Assembly (NCBI GenBank): GCA_963807165.1
Contig: CAWDZM010000001.1
Coordinates: 119,963 to 183,962 of the forward strand
Direction: 5' to 3'
Length of the DNA stretch: 64,000 nucleotides
From: an uncultured bacterium
GTDB lineage: Bacteria; Patescibacteriota; Minisyncoccia; UBA6257; 2-01-FULL-56-20
The notes beneath the pieces were generated by a model that ran no database searches, was not told where the DNA came from, and saw only the letters and a program-made list of their open reading frames with translations. Both the position numbers and the translations under genes were made by a program. Of the stretch, positions 1 through 7,698 are shown piece by piece; positions within the stretch are counted from its first letter, which is position 1; every line of letters starts with the position of its first letter.

Positions 1-431
1 CGGGCAACCTCGCCGCCTAAGCACGCCGAGAGCGCGATGAGCCCCTCGTGATGTTCGCGCAAGAGATCCTTATCCATGCGCGGCTTGTAATAAAATCCTT
101 CAAGGTGGGCTTTTGAGACGAGTGTGATGAGGTTTTTCCAGCCGGTCTGATTTTCAACGAGCAATATCAAATGGTAATACCGTTCGCCGTTTTCTTTAGA
201 GAACCGGTCGCGCGGCGCGATGTACGCCTCGACGCCGAGGATCGGCTTGATGCCGTGCTTCTTTGCGAGTTTATAAAATTCGACAGCGCCGTAGAGGACG
301 CCGTGATCGGTGAGCGCGATCGAGTCCATGCCCGTCTCCTTGGCGCGCGCCACCATCTGAGGAATCTTCGTCAGCCCGTCGAGCAGGGAATAATGAGAGT
401 GCGTATGTAAGTGGGTAAATTTTGGTTCCAT
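1..431 (-). CDS. dnaE: DNA polymerase III alpha subunit, N-terminal PHP domain (partial; 3' part of gene lies outside window)
   Basis: Reverse-strand translation from ATG at 429-431 reads MEPKFTHLHTHSHYSLLDGLTKIPQMVARAKETGMDSIALTDHGVLYGAVEFYKLAKKHGIKPILGVEAYIAPRDR..., the classic PHP-domain N-terminus of DnaE; the ORF track shows only the antisense ORF. Confidence 0.8.
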   Translation of the reverse strand, partial: MEPKFTHLHTHSHYSLLDGLTKIPQMVARAKETGMDSIALTDHGVLYGAVEFYKLAKKHGIKPILGVEAYIAPRDRFSKENGERYYHLILLVENQTGWKNLITLVSKAHLEGFYYKPRMDKDLLREHHEGLIALSACLGGEVA

Positions 432-555
432 TGTTCTTGGTGTTAGCCCCCGCAAGCGAGGATGCAGAACATTAAATCTGTATTAAAACTTCCCATCTAT
501 ATTACTACAAAAATCAAGGATGACAAAATCGAGCCATATTTAATCATTTTTTAAT

Positions 556-1191
556 GTGAGTGTGCTATCTATATTGGGTATGAATATTCTTAACGAGAAT
601 TTAATAGTAAGAATGTACGTGGAAGATAAACTTTCTGCTATGCAAATTAGCGAATTAACACACCTATCGATTTCAAAGATAGTGCGCATTTTAGAAATAC
701 ATCATATTCAAAAAAGAAGCATAAGCGAGGCCATCACGCAGCTTAATATAACAAAATTTCATAAGGCACCGTTTCAATTGAAGGCAAAACTTTCTTCGGT
801 TGAAAATGATTTGAAAATAACCGGGATAATGTTATATTGGGGCGAGGGAGCAAAGACAAGTGGTTCCGTAAAGCTTGCTAATAGCGATCCTGGAATGGTC
901 AAGGTTTTTCTTCTTTTCTTAAGAAATATTTGCGGAGCCGAAGAGAAAAGAATAAAAATGATCATCCATATGTACCCCGACCAAGATAGAATATTCCTGC
1001 AAAAATTTTGGTCATCGGTGACGGGTATCGGGCCGGAAAATTTTTATAAGCCGCAGATTCTCGCAGGCAAGAAGGGGACTTATAAAAAGAAATCTATTTA
1101 TGGCACCGCCACCATTTATTATGGCGATAAAAAATTACTGAAACAATTGCTAAAATGGATAGACGAATATAAAAATGGATTTTTAGCATAG
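556..1191 (+). CDS. hypothetical HTH-domain protein, member of a 2-copy tRNA-adjacent family (paralog of 57477..58190)
   Basis: 211-aa ORF; HTH-like segment LSAMQISELTHLSISKIV; shares motifs LYWGEGAK / NSDPGMVKVFLLFLR / IHMYPDQDR with the 57477..58190 protein; stop codon lies 2 nt before tRNA-Thr on the same strand. Confidence 0.5.
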   Translation: MSVLSILGMNILNENLIVRMYVEDKLSAMQISELTHLSISKIVRILEIHHIQKRSISEAITQLNITKFHKAPFQLKAKLSSVENDLKITGIMLYWGEGAKTSGSVKLANSDPGMVKVFLLFLRNICGAEEKRIKMIIHMYPDQDRIFLQKFWSSVTGIGPENFYKPQILAGKKGTYKKKSIYGTATIYYGDKKLLKQLLKWIDEYKNGFLA

Positions 1192-1192
1192 T

Positions 1193-1265
1193 GCCACCTT
1201 AGCTCAGCTGGCAGAGCGCTACTTTTGTAAAGTAGATGTCCCCGGTTCGATCCCGGGAGGTGGCT
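1193..1265 (+). tRNA. tRNA-Thr(TGT)
   Basis: Cloverleaf GCCACCT/AGGTGGC acceptor, D-arm AGCTCAGCTGGCAGAGC, anticodon loop TTTGTAA, T-arm CCCGGTTCGATCCCGGG. Confidence 0.85.
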
Positions 1266-1284
1266 CAACTGATATAATAAAACC

Positions 1285-1698
1285 ATGATTCTCCAAGTCG
1301 GCGTTAAAATTTTTCTCAAGGATCCCGAAGGTAAATATCTTTTAATACGCCGCTCGCCAATAAAATATCCAGGCGTAAAGGGCGAATGGGATATCCCCGG
1401 AGGACGAATTAACCCAGGTTCATTGTTAATTGAAAATCTAAAACGTGAAGTAAAAGAAGAAACCCAACTCGAAATAACTTCAGAGCCGAAATTTATTTAT
1501 GCGCAGGATATTATCCCCAATGAGGAAAAGCATGTTGTCCGACTTTCGTATATTGGAAAAACAGATGGTATGCCCATACTCGATACCTCTGAAAATACAG
1601 AATATAAATGGCTTCCTTTGGATGAGTTGAAAAAATACGAAAATGTGGATGTCTATGCGAAGAAAATTATCGATAGCGGATTGTTGGATCAGTTCTAG
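1285..1698 (+). CDS. NUDIX hydrolase
   Basis: Nudix box GGRINPGSLLIENLKREVKEETQLEI (GX5EX7REVXEEXG). Confidence 0.8.
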   Translation: MILQVGVKIFLKDPEGKYLLIRRSPIKYPGVKGEWDIPGGRINPGSLLIENLKREVKEETQLEITSEPKFIYAQDIIPNEEKHVVRLSYIGKTDGMPILDTSENTEYKWLPLDELKKYENVDVYAKKIIDSGLLDQF

Positions 1699-1737
1699 GT
1701 TGGACTTTTATCAAAAATCCAGTACTATAGTCTTGTT

Positions 1738-2019
1738 GCCGTTGTAGCTCAGCTGGTAGAGCAACTCCATGGTGGACTCACAGAGTCATGCCCACGGAAG
1801 GGGAAACCCTTCTGCGAACCCCGAATTACGGTCAAAGGCCAGGAATGGCAGAGACCGTGGCGAAGATGCGAATAGCGCGTGATTCGCCCGAACGACTGAC
1901 AAGGGACGCTGCGCCGTACAAGCGGTATGCGTAAGATACAGTCTAATCCTCATATAAGCATCGCGAAGGTGAGGTATCAATGAAGGAGTAGGTCGCCGGT
2001 TCAATTCCGGCCAACGGCT
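1738..2019 (+). tRNA. tRNA-Thr(GGT) interrupted by a group I intron (exons 1738..1773 and 1983..2019)
   Basis: Acceptor GCCGTTG/CAACGGC, D-arm GCTCAGCTGGTAGAGC, anticodon stem ACTCC/GGAGT, T-arm GCCGGTTCAATTCCGGC; the anticodon loop ATGGT|AA is split after anticodon position 36 by a 209-nt insert. Confidence 0.6.
1774..1982 (+). ncRNA. group I self-splicing intron (small, ORF-less) in tRNA-Thr(GGT)
   Basis: 5' exon ends in U and the intron ends in G; the intron GUCAUG can pair with exon CAUGGU (P1 with a U-G wobble at the splice site); a GAAA-tetraloop hairpin (P2), an ACGGUC/GACCGU stem (P4), a P7-like GACUG/CAGUC pairing and the core-like string AAGAUACAGUCUAAUCC are all present; 209 nt is the size class of the Azoarcus tRNA-Ile intron. 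Confidence 0.55.
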
Positions 2020-2023
2020 CACT

Positions 2024-2110
2024 CGCAGACAGCAAAAATCCCTATCGCTATTTCGCTCCGACGTAAGCACGTCCACTCGCTCAATAGCAATAGGGATTTT
2101 TGCTGTCTGC
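2024..2110 (+). repeat. long hairpin (28-bp stem) carrying the conserved core TCGCTCCGACGTAAGCACGTCCACTCGCTCAA in its loop; copy 1 of a 4-copy family; terminator-like
   Basis: Inverted repeat cagacagcaaaaatccctatcgctatt / aatagcaatagggatttttgctgtctg; the core is shared with 44722..44800, 51181..51247 and 58842..58897. Confidence 0.7.
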
Positions 2111-2401
2111 TTGTTCGTTGGTAATAAAGAAAGGATGATGCCCCCGCATCGTCAGTGGCGATGCGGGGATTGTGCTATTTATGCAGAAATGGCAAAATCG
2201 CGTTGATGACTGCTCCGAAGAGTGACAGCCAAAAAATAAGCATGCTCATTGATTGGTTTAGTAGTTCATTTTATATGATAAAATCACGACCTTTGATCTT
2301 TTGATTTGGGTGAAGTGTACCAAAACGCCGATTAAAACTATCTAAAAATGTGGCCAGGCCTGGATTTGCAATAATGGCGCGGATATAGTATCATCGTTCC
2401 C

Positions 2402-2581
2402 ATGGCCAAGTTAAAACACGCCGACCGGTTGATCACGATGCGTTGCACTGTCTGCAAGCGTCGTAATTATTACACCAATAAAAATAAGAAGTTGGTGGAG
2501 CGGAAGATCGAACTTCAGAAGTTTTGCGACTGGTGCCGCGTGAAAACGCTACACAAAGAGTCCAGGATCTCCGGAAAGTAA
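2402..2581 (+). CDS. rpmG: 50S ribosomal protein L33
   Basis: 59-aa ORF MAKLKHADRLITMRCTVCKRRNYYTNKNKKLVERKIELQKFCDWCRVKTLHKESRISGK with a C-x2-C...C-x2-C zinc ribbon and the L33 signature; too short for the ORF track. Confidence 0.8.
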   Translation: MAKLKHADRLITMRCTVCKRRNYYTNKNKKLVERKIELQKFCDWCRVKTLHKESRISGK

Positions 2582-2595
2582 CGATCGCTCCAGAA

Positions 2596-2640
2596 AAAAT
2601 GCGCGTGGTCTCTATAAAAGGGGAGCAGGCGCATTTTTTA
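2596..2640 (+). terminator. rho-independent terminator after rpmG
   Basis: AATGCGC...GCGCATT hairpin followed by TTTTTT; A-run on the 5' side, so possibly bidirectional. Confidence 0.5.
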
Positions 2641-2670
2641 AATCTGTATTAAAATAGAAGGGAAGAAATT

Positions 2671-2744
2671 GGGGGCTTAGTTAAACGGTATAATAAGCGT
2701 CTCCAAAACGCTTGTCGAAGGTCCGACTCCTTCAGCCCCCGCCA
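2671..2744 (+). tRNA. tRNA-Trp(CCA), CCA encoded, unusual T-loop TCCGACT
   Basis: Acceptor GGGGGCT/AGCCCCC, D-stem GTTA/TAAT, anticodon stem AGCGT/ACGCT with loop CTCCAAA, T-stem GAAGG/CCTTC, discriminator G then CCA. Confidence 0.55.
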
Positions 2745-2748
2745 AAAA

Positions 2749-3477
2749 TTACTGTGGAAAATTCACCCTTTCCCCAGATGATAATGTGACGCTGTTTAAA
2801 ATTCCGAGAATTTTCGATTGTAAGCTGGCCTGCTCCGCATCGGTAAACTGCTGAATCGTGCCGGACGGATAGTTGCCAAAATCGGATTGCCCGATGCGTG
2901 TTTCAAATTCATAGCACGCGCCGTTGTAGGCCAGCCGATAGAGCGTGCCTTTTGCAAAATGGCCGGCGCCAGCATTGCCGATCGGTGTGAACTCACTTAC
3001 TGAATAATCGCCGACGGTGGTGCTGGTGGGAGTGAAGTTTGAAAAACCGGTGGGCGGCGTGGTAAGACATGCGGCCTGCGTCATAAGGTCGGTTCGTTTT
3101 TCTACGCGAATGCCAGCGCTTTCAAAATTGGTGCCTTGATATGCGGTGCCGATGTAGTAAAGGCAATAATCAAGATCCGCATCGCATGGAGGGATGTACG
3201 GATGCACTGCGATGTTTTGAGAAGACGTCGCCAGCGCAAAGTCGGCGGTCGGGTAGATGAGCGCGATTGTTCCATCGGAGATGCTTTGATCTCCCGATGG
3301 CGCAGTGCCGGTCGGAGCGCCGAGTACGAGCGTCGGGGCCGTGCCCTGCGATGTACTCGTCGAACCGGCGGGGTTTATCGCCCCATTTTGATTATTGGCA
3401 TTGATAAACCACAAAAACCCCGCAGCGAGAAAGGCGACGATGACGACAAAGACGATAGCAATGCCAAATTTCCCCAT
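2749..3477 (-). CDS. hypothetical membrane-anchored protein (N-terminal TM helix, Thr/Ser/Gly-rich)
   Basis: 242-aa ORF with N-terminal MGKFGIAIVFVVIVAFLAAGFLWFI; no recognisable catalytic motifs. Confidence 0.55.
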   Translation of the reverse strand: MGKFGIAIVFVVIVAFLAAGFLWFINANNQNGAINPAGSTSTSQGTAPTLVLGAPTGTAPSGDQSISDGTIALIYPTADFALATSSQNIAVHPYIPPCDADLDYCLYYIGTAYQGTNFESAGIRVEKRTDLMTQAACLTTPPTGFSNFTPTSTTVGDYSVSEFTPIGNAGAGHFAKGTLYRLAYNGACYEFETRIGQSDFGNYPSGTIQQFTDAEQASLQSKILGILNSVTLSSGERVNFPQ

Positions 3478-3504
3478 ACCTCTTATTGTACCGCATTACG
3501 GGTT

Positions 3505-3533
3505 GACAAATTTCACTGGTCGGCTATACTTGA
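3505..3533 (+). promoter_or_regulatory. sigma70-like promoter TTGACA-N17-TATACT upstream of rplJ
   Basis: gggTTGACAaatttcactggtcggcTATACTtg. Confidence 0.4.
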
Positions 3534-3539
3534 ACCAAT

Positions 3540-3660
3540 TCCAAAGACCATAGGTTTGCCGCTAAAGGCATGTAATACCTATGAGAGGAGGTTTGGGCAA
3601 TAGCCCTCACATTCTTCGCGGCCTTGGAACGGCCGTTTTCTGTTTTTAAGGAATTATTAA
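3540..3660 (+). promoter_or_regulatory. candidate L10 (rplJ) leader / autoregulatory structure with a terminator-like hairpin
   Basis: ~130-nt 5' UTR before rplJ containing GCGGCCttggaacGGCCGtttt; L10 leaders are known autoregulatory elements. Confidence 0.3.
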
Positions 3661-3672
3661 TAAAAAATTATT

Positions 3673-4350
3673 ATGAAAACACGGGCACAAAAAGAAACAG
3701 AGTTGGCACACGCACGCACGCTTTTTGAAAAGAGCGAAGCGCTGATTTTTGCCGACTTCACTAAGATCACGGCAGAGAACCTTCGCAAACTTCGCACCGA
3801 GCTGAAAAAGTCCGGCGCAAACTTCCTCGTCATCAAGAAGCGCATCCTCGGCATCCTTTTGAAGGAAAAGGGAATCGACGTTGACCTTAAGCAGTTCAAG
3901 ACATCCGTTGGTACGATTTTCTCGGAAGTAGATAGCGAGCACATCGCCGGACCGGCGTTCAAGTTCTTCTCGGGCATGGAAGTTCCGGAAGGCCAGGCGA
4001 AAGACGTTTGGATCAAGAAGATTCTCGCTGGCTATAACATCGTCGCAAAAACACCGATGACTGCCGAAGAGATCGTCTACATCGGCAAGCTCCCGCCGCG
4101 CGAGGTCGTGCTGGCACAACTACTTGGCATGCTCGCCGCGCCGATCCGTTCGTTCCTCTATATCCTTGATGAGAAATCAAAGATGGGTGGTGGCAGCGCA
4201 GAGCCGGTTGCCCAGTCTCCCGAACCCGCGGCGCCGTCCGCGCCGGAAGCAGTTGCAGAACCTGCAGCCGTTGCAGAGCCTGCGGCAGAAACCCCTTCCA
4301 CTGATACCGACATCCCTGAACAAAAGGTCGAGCTAACGCAAGCACAATAA
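3673..4350 (+). CDS. rplJ: 50S ribosomal protein L10 with Ala/Pro/Glu-rich C-terminal extension
   Basis: Sequence similarity to L10 ([58 protein letters not shown]...); located upstream of rplL. Confidence 0.9.
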   Translation: MKTRAQKETELAHARTLFEKSEALIFADFTKITAENLRKLRTELKKSGANFLVIKKRILGILLKEKGIDVDLKQFKTSVGTIFSEVDSEHIAGPAFKFFSGMEVPEGQAKDVWIKKILAGYNIVAKTPMTAEEIVYIGKLPPREVVLAQLLGMLAAPIRSFLYILDEKSKMGGGSAEPVAQSPEPAAPSAPEAVAEPAAVAEPAAETPSTDTDIPEQKVELTQAQ

Positions 4351-4354
4351 AACA

Positions 4355-4720
4355 ATGGCAAATCACGAAGATTTAATTTCGAAAATAGAGTCTCTCACGG
4401 TAGTTGAGCTCGCGGAGCTCGTGAAGAAGCTTGAAGAGAAGTTCGGCATCTCGGCTGCGGCCCCGGTGGCGGCAGGCGGCGGAGCCGGCGCAGCTGCGGC
4501 GGAAGAGAAGACGGCATTCAACGTTGTCCTCAAATCGGCCGGAGCAAGCAAGTTGAACGTCATCAAGGTTGTCCGCGAAGTGACGACCCTCGGCCTTAAG
4601 GAGGCAAAGGATCTCGTAGACGGCGCACCGAAGACGATCAAAGAGAACGTCAAGAAGGAAGAGGCCGAAGAGATCAAGAAGAAGATCACGGAGGCAGGTG
4701 GAGTTGCGGAGATCGCATAA
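4355..4720 (+). CDS. rplL: 50S ribosomal protein L7/L12
   Basis: [29 protein letters not shown]...[41 protein letters not shown]. Confidence 0.9.
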   Translation: MANHEDLISKIESLTVVELAELVKKLEEKFGISAAAPVAAGGGAGAAAAEEKTAFNVVLKSAGASKLNVIKVVREVTTLGLKEAKDLVDGAPKTIKENVKKEEAEEIKKKITEAGGVAEIA

Positions 4721-4723
4721 AAC

Positions 4724-4797
4724 AAAAAGCCCCTCTTATTTGACGAGAATGCCACGTAGGAACGTGACCGCCAAATAAGAGGGGCTTTTTGTTTTAT
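4724..4797 (+). terminator. rho-independent terminator after rplL
   Basis: aaaagcccctcttatttg ... caaataagaggggcttttt-gtttt. Confidence 0.7.
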
Positions 4798-4844
4798 TAA
4801 TAGTTGAAAAGAAGAGAGAAGTGAATTACTATAACTTGTGCAAA

Positions 4845-4916
4845 GGGCGTTTAGCTCAGTGGTAGAGCGTTCCGTTCACATCGGAGAGGTCGCAGGTCCG
4901 ATCCCTGCAACGCCCA
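4845..4916 (+). tRNA. tRNA-Val(CAC)
   Basis: Acceptor GGGCGTT/AACGCCC, D-arm GCTCAGTGGTAGAGC, anticodon stem TTCCG/CGGAG with loop TTCACAT, T-arm GCAGGTCCGATCCCTGC. Confidence 0.8.
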
Positions 4917-4920
4917 CAAA

Positions 4921-5036
4921 AAGAATTCCCCATACGTCCTTTCAGGGACGTGTCGCGGCCTACTGGCCGCGCACTCTATCTCGGCGCTCTTCGCGCCTCC
5001 GATGAGCCCCTCAAAGAGTATGGGAATTCTTTTTTA
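4921..5036. repeat. cloverleaf-like multi-hairpin element (17-bp outer stem enclosing three hairpins); probable bidirectional terminator between tRNA-Val and the convergent minus-strand gene
   Basis: Outer stem aaaagaattccccatac/gtatgggaattctttt; inner hairpins cgtcctttcagggacg, gtcgcggcctactggccgcgcac and tcggcgctcttcgcgcctccga. Confidence 0.5.
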
Positions 5037-5039
5037 GAT

Positions 5040-5732
5040 CTATTCAAGTAAAAAAGATCGGATTTTTAAGGCCATGGCAACATGGTCTTCTAGTCGGAGT
5101 GCGGCGATATCGTTTCCGCGCCTTTCGGAAGGAATATATTCTATAAGATCAAAAAATCTAAAATTTGGACGATTTATTTTTTCTACCGCATCTTTAATTC
5201 TCTTGGCCTCGTCGAATTCTATATAAGGATTCATTGTTTCATACACCCAATGATGATGCTTTGCAAAATTTTTTAAATAATCCTCCCCGATAGCCGATTG
5301 AATTAAATCTTCCAATTCGGTATTCCATTCCGGAGGCTGAAACTCCATTTTTTTGGTGTATCCAACAAACGCAGCGCGAATGTTAAGATTTTGATTTTGC
5401 AGTTCTAGATTCCTAACGCCTGTTGGTGGAATGGCAATGCCTTCGATAAGCGCATCTTTTCCTTTACGGCTTAGAAGTTTTATTAATCCGATCGTGCCAA
5501 TCCACGCAGGAGTGTCCTCGCCGGTTCTGAGTTCTGGTATTTCCGGCATCTTTGCCTCGTGGGGATCTCCCTTGGTAATAGACCGATAAAGTTCACTCGT
5601 GCTTGCGCGAATAAAATCCGTCGAATTTTGATACATAGGTTTCTGCGAACAAATGCATGGACCTATGATCGTCGATTTTCGCATTCCAGGCACTCCACCA
5701 ATGAGATAGATCATAAGAAGATTGTAACTCAA
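5040..5732 (-). CDS. hypothetical protein with degenerate P-loop-like motif
   Basis: 230-aa ORF; LIGGVPGMRKST resembles a Walker A variant; no further family assignment possible by eye. Confidence 0.45.
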   Translation of the reverse strand: MSYNLLMIYLIGGVPGMRKSTIIGPCICSQKPMYQNSTDFIRASTSELYRSITKGDPHEAKMPEIPELRTGEDTPAWIGTIGLIKLLSRKGKDALIEGIAIPPTGVRNLELQNQNLNIRAAFVGYTKKMEFQPPEWNTELEDLIQSAIGEDYLKNFAKHHHWVYETMNPYIEFDEAKRIKDAVEKINRPNFRFFDLIEYIPSERRGNDIAALRLEDHVAMALKIRSFLLE

Positions 5733-5879
5733 GTGGGGAATGGGGATTTCTTATAAATGATTTCGCCCTGTGTATATCTCTCATTTTTAGCACCCCCTAA
5801 TTTTTAAAAACCCCAGCAAAATCAATATATATTAGGACGATTGCCCCCGCGAAAGGGGATATTTTGACTATATATAGGA

Positions 5880-5925
5880 GTGGAGTATGATTGTATGTAA
5901 GTGGAGGGTTGTGGAGGAGATTGGG
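5880..5925 (+). promoter_or_regulatory. candidate MraZ operator: three GTGGAG repeats upstream of mraZ
   Basis: GTGGAG at 5880, 5901 and 5911 (10-nt phasing of the last two) plus TTGGGG; MraZ is known to bind direct TGGGN/GTGG-type repeats in its own promoter. Confidence 0.35.
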
Positions 5926-5980
5926 GATAACTGCCACTTTCTGTGCATAACTTGAAACCACACATACATCACATATTTTC

Positions 5981-6412
5981 ATGTTACTAGGCGAATTCAA
6001 ACACAATTTGGACCCCAAAGGCCGGATGGCGATCCCCGCAAAGTTCCGCGATAAATTAACGGCGGGCGCCATCATCACGCGCGGAATTGATAACTGTCTT
6101 TTTGTGTTCGCAAACACGGAGTGGGAAGCATTGGCAGCAAAGCTGATCGCGCTCCCGCTCGCGCAGGCGAACTCGCGGGCGTTCACGCGGCTGATGTTGG
6201 CCGGCGCGAGCGATGTGGAATTGGATGCGCAGGGAAGGATCTTGATCCCCGATTATTTACGAAAGTATGCGGGATTAAAAAAAGGAGTGGTGGTGGCGGG
6301 GTTATATAACCGCATTGAAATTTGGGATGAGGCAGTATGGGCAGCATACAAGACCAAGACGGAGAGTTCTTCTGAAGCGATCGCCGAGCAGTTAGGAGAG
6401 TTGGGAATCTAA
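5981..6412 (+). CDS. mraZ: transcriptional regulator MraZ
   Basis: MLLGEFKHNLDPKGRMAIPAKFRDKL...RILIPDYLRKYAGLKKGVVVAGLYNRIEIWDEAVW, a duplicated MraZ domain. Confidence 0.85.
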   Translation: MLLGEFKHNLDPKGRMAIPAKFRDKLTAGAIITRGIDNCLFVFANTEWEALAAKLIALPLAQANSRAFTRLMLAGASDVELDAQGRILIPDYLRKYAGLKKGVVVAGLYNRIEIWDEAVWAAYKTKTESSSEAIAEQLGELGI

Positions 6413-6413
6413 C

Positions 6414-7387
6414 ATGGCGGCGATTGAAGAGAAGAACGAAGCGCAACGCAGTTTGCATACACCAGTTCTTTTACACGAGGTAATAACGTTTTTAAATCCA
6501 CAGCCGGGAGATTTCATTATTGATGGCACGGTGGATGGCGGCGGACATGCCGCAGCGATCGCCACGATCATCGGATCGACGGGAACATTGCTCGGACTCG
6601 ATTGGGATGAAAAATTGCTCGAGCGATGCAAGGCGCGGTTCGCGAGCCAAAAAAATGTGAAGCTTGTCCACGGCAATTATGCCGAGCTGCCGGAAATCTT
6701 AGAAAAGATTTCTGCAACTGAAAATAATATTGCAGAAGCGCAAGCGGAACTGGATTGCTCATCGATCTTGGATTTTCTTCCGAACAGCTCGAAGCGTCGG
6801 GCAGGGGATTCAGCTTTGGTGAAGCGTATGCCGATGAGCCGTTGCTCATGACCTACGACGATTCGCGGACGCCGGTATGGCAAATCCTTCGTGAAGAGAG
6901 CGAAGAATCGCTCGCGAACATCATCTTTGAATTCGGCGGCGAGCGGGCATCACGGCGCATCGCGAAGGCAATCAAAGATCATGGGCGCAAGAAACCCATT
7001 ATGACCGCTGGCGAACTGGCGGATGTGGTTCGGGAAGCGCTGACGGGCGGCACCGATGCCAAGAGTCGCGGAAAGTACGAGCACGGCAGGATCGATCCCG
7101 CCACGCGCACATTCCAGGCATTCCGGATCTACGCGAACGGAGAACTCGAGAATCTTAAAACATTATTAAAAAACCTCAACGCGATCGTGAAGCCGGGCGG
7201 TCGGGTGGCGATCATCAGCTTCCATTCCACGGAAGACGGGATTGTGAAGAGAGCATTTCAATCATTGGCGAAAGAAGGGAGACTAACAATTATCACAAAG
7301 AAGCCGGTGGAAGCGACACGGGAAGAAATAAAAGAAAATCCGCGAAGCAGATCAGCAAAGATACGAGTAGCAGAAATAAAACAATGA
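6414..7387 (+). CDS. rsmH: 16S rRNA (cytosine1402-N4)-methyltransferase RsmH, interrupted by an apparent frameshift near 6728-6755 (two ORF fragments, 6414..6851 and 6755..7387)
   Basis: Fragment 1 has the N-terminal SAM-binding region (HTPVLLHEVITFL...IDGTVDGGGH...VHGNYAELPEILEKI); fragment 2, in the +1 frame relative to fragment 1, starts with the conserved LIDLGFSSEQLE...RGFSF and ends KIRVAEIKQ. Confidence 0.7.
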
Positions 7388-7698
7388 CATTCATACAACC
7401 ATCAAAACATCTCAATATGCTGAACGCGGTCATCGTGCTGTTGGTGGTTGCACTGCTCGGCGGGACATTTTGGCTGGTTATCGCTTATAATAAGACAGTA
7501 GACCTCAGTCAGGACATCGTTTCGCTTAAATCTCAACTGCAAACCATCGGCGCCCAAAATACTGCGTTGAATAATCAGGTACTCGCCACCTTGGGCGGCG
7601 CTAATTTTACCTCGCTCGCGAGCGCGGACGGGCTAGTGCAGGATAAAAATCCCCAATACTTTACCGTCGACCAACAATGGCCTATCGCTTCACAATAA
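7384..7698 (+). CDS. ftsL: cell division protein FtsL-like (small bitopic membrane protein)
   Basis: 104 aa with one TM helix and a coiled-coil-like region (SLKSQLQTIGAQNTALNNQ); lies between rsmH and ftsI. Confidence 0.5.
   Translation: MTFIQPSKHLNMLNAVIVLLVVALLGGTFWLVIAYNKTVDLSQDIVSLKSQLQTIGAQNTALNNQVLATLGGANFTSLASADGLVQDKNPQYFTVDQQWPIASQ

Noticed and set aside
171-410. 79-aa plus-strand ORF at the window start
   Set aside because: It is antisense to the clearly recognisable dnaE PHP-domain coding sequence on the minus strand
1786-2076. 96-aa minus-strand ORF
   Set aside because: It lies inside the intron-containing tRNA-Thr and the downstream hairpin; the structural RNA explains the region
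2178-2252. 24-aa hydrophobic peptide ORF on the minus strand (MSMLIFWLSLFGAVINAILPFLHK)
   Set aside because: No RBS and no conservation evidence; too short to support
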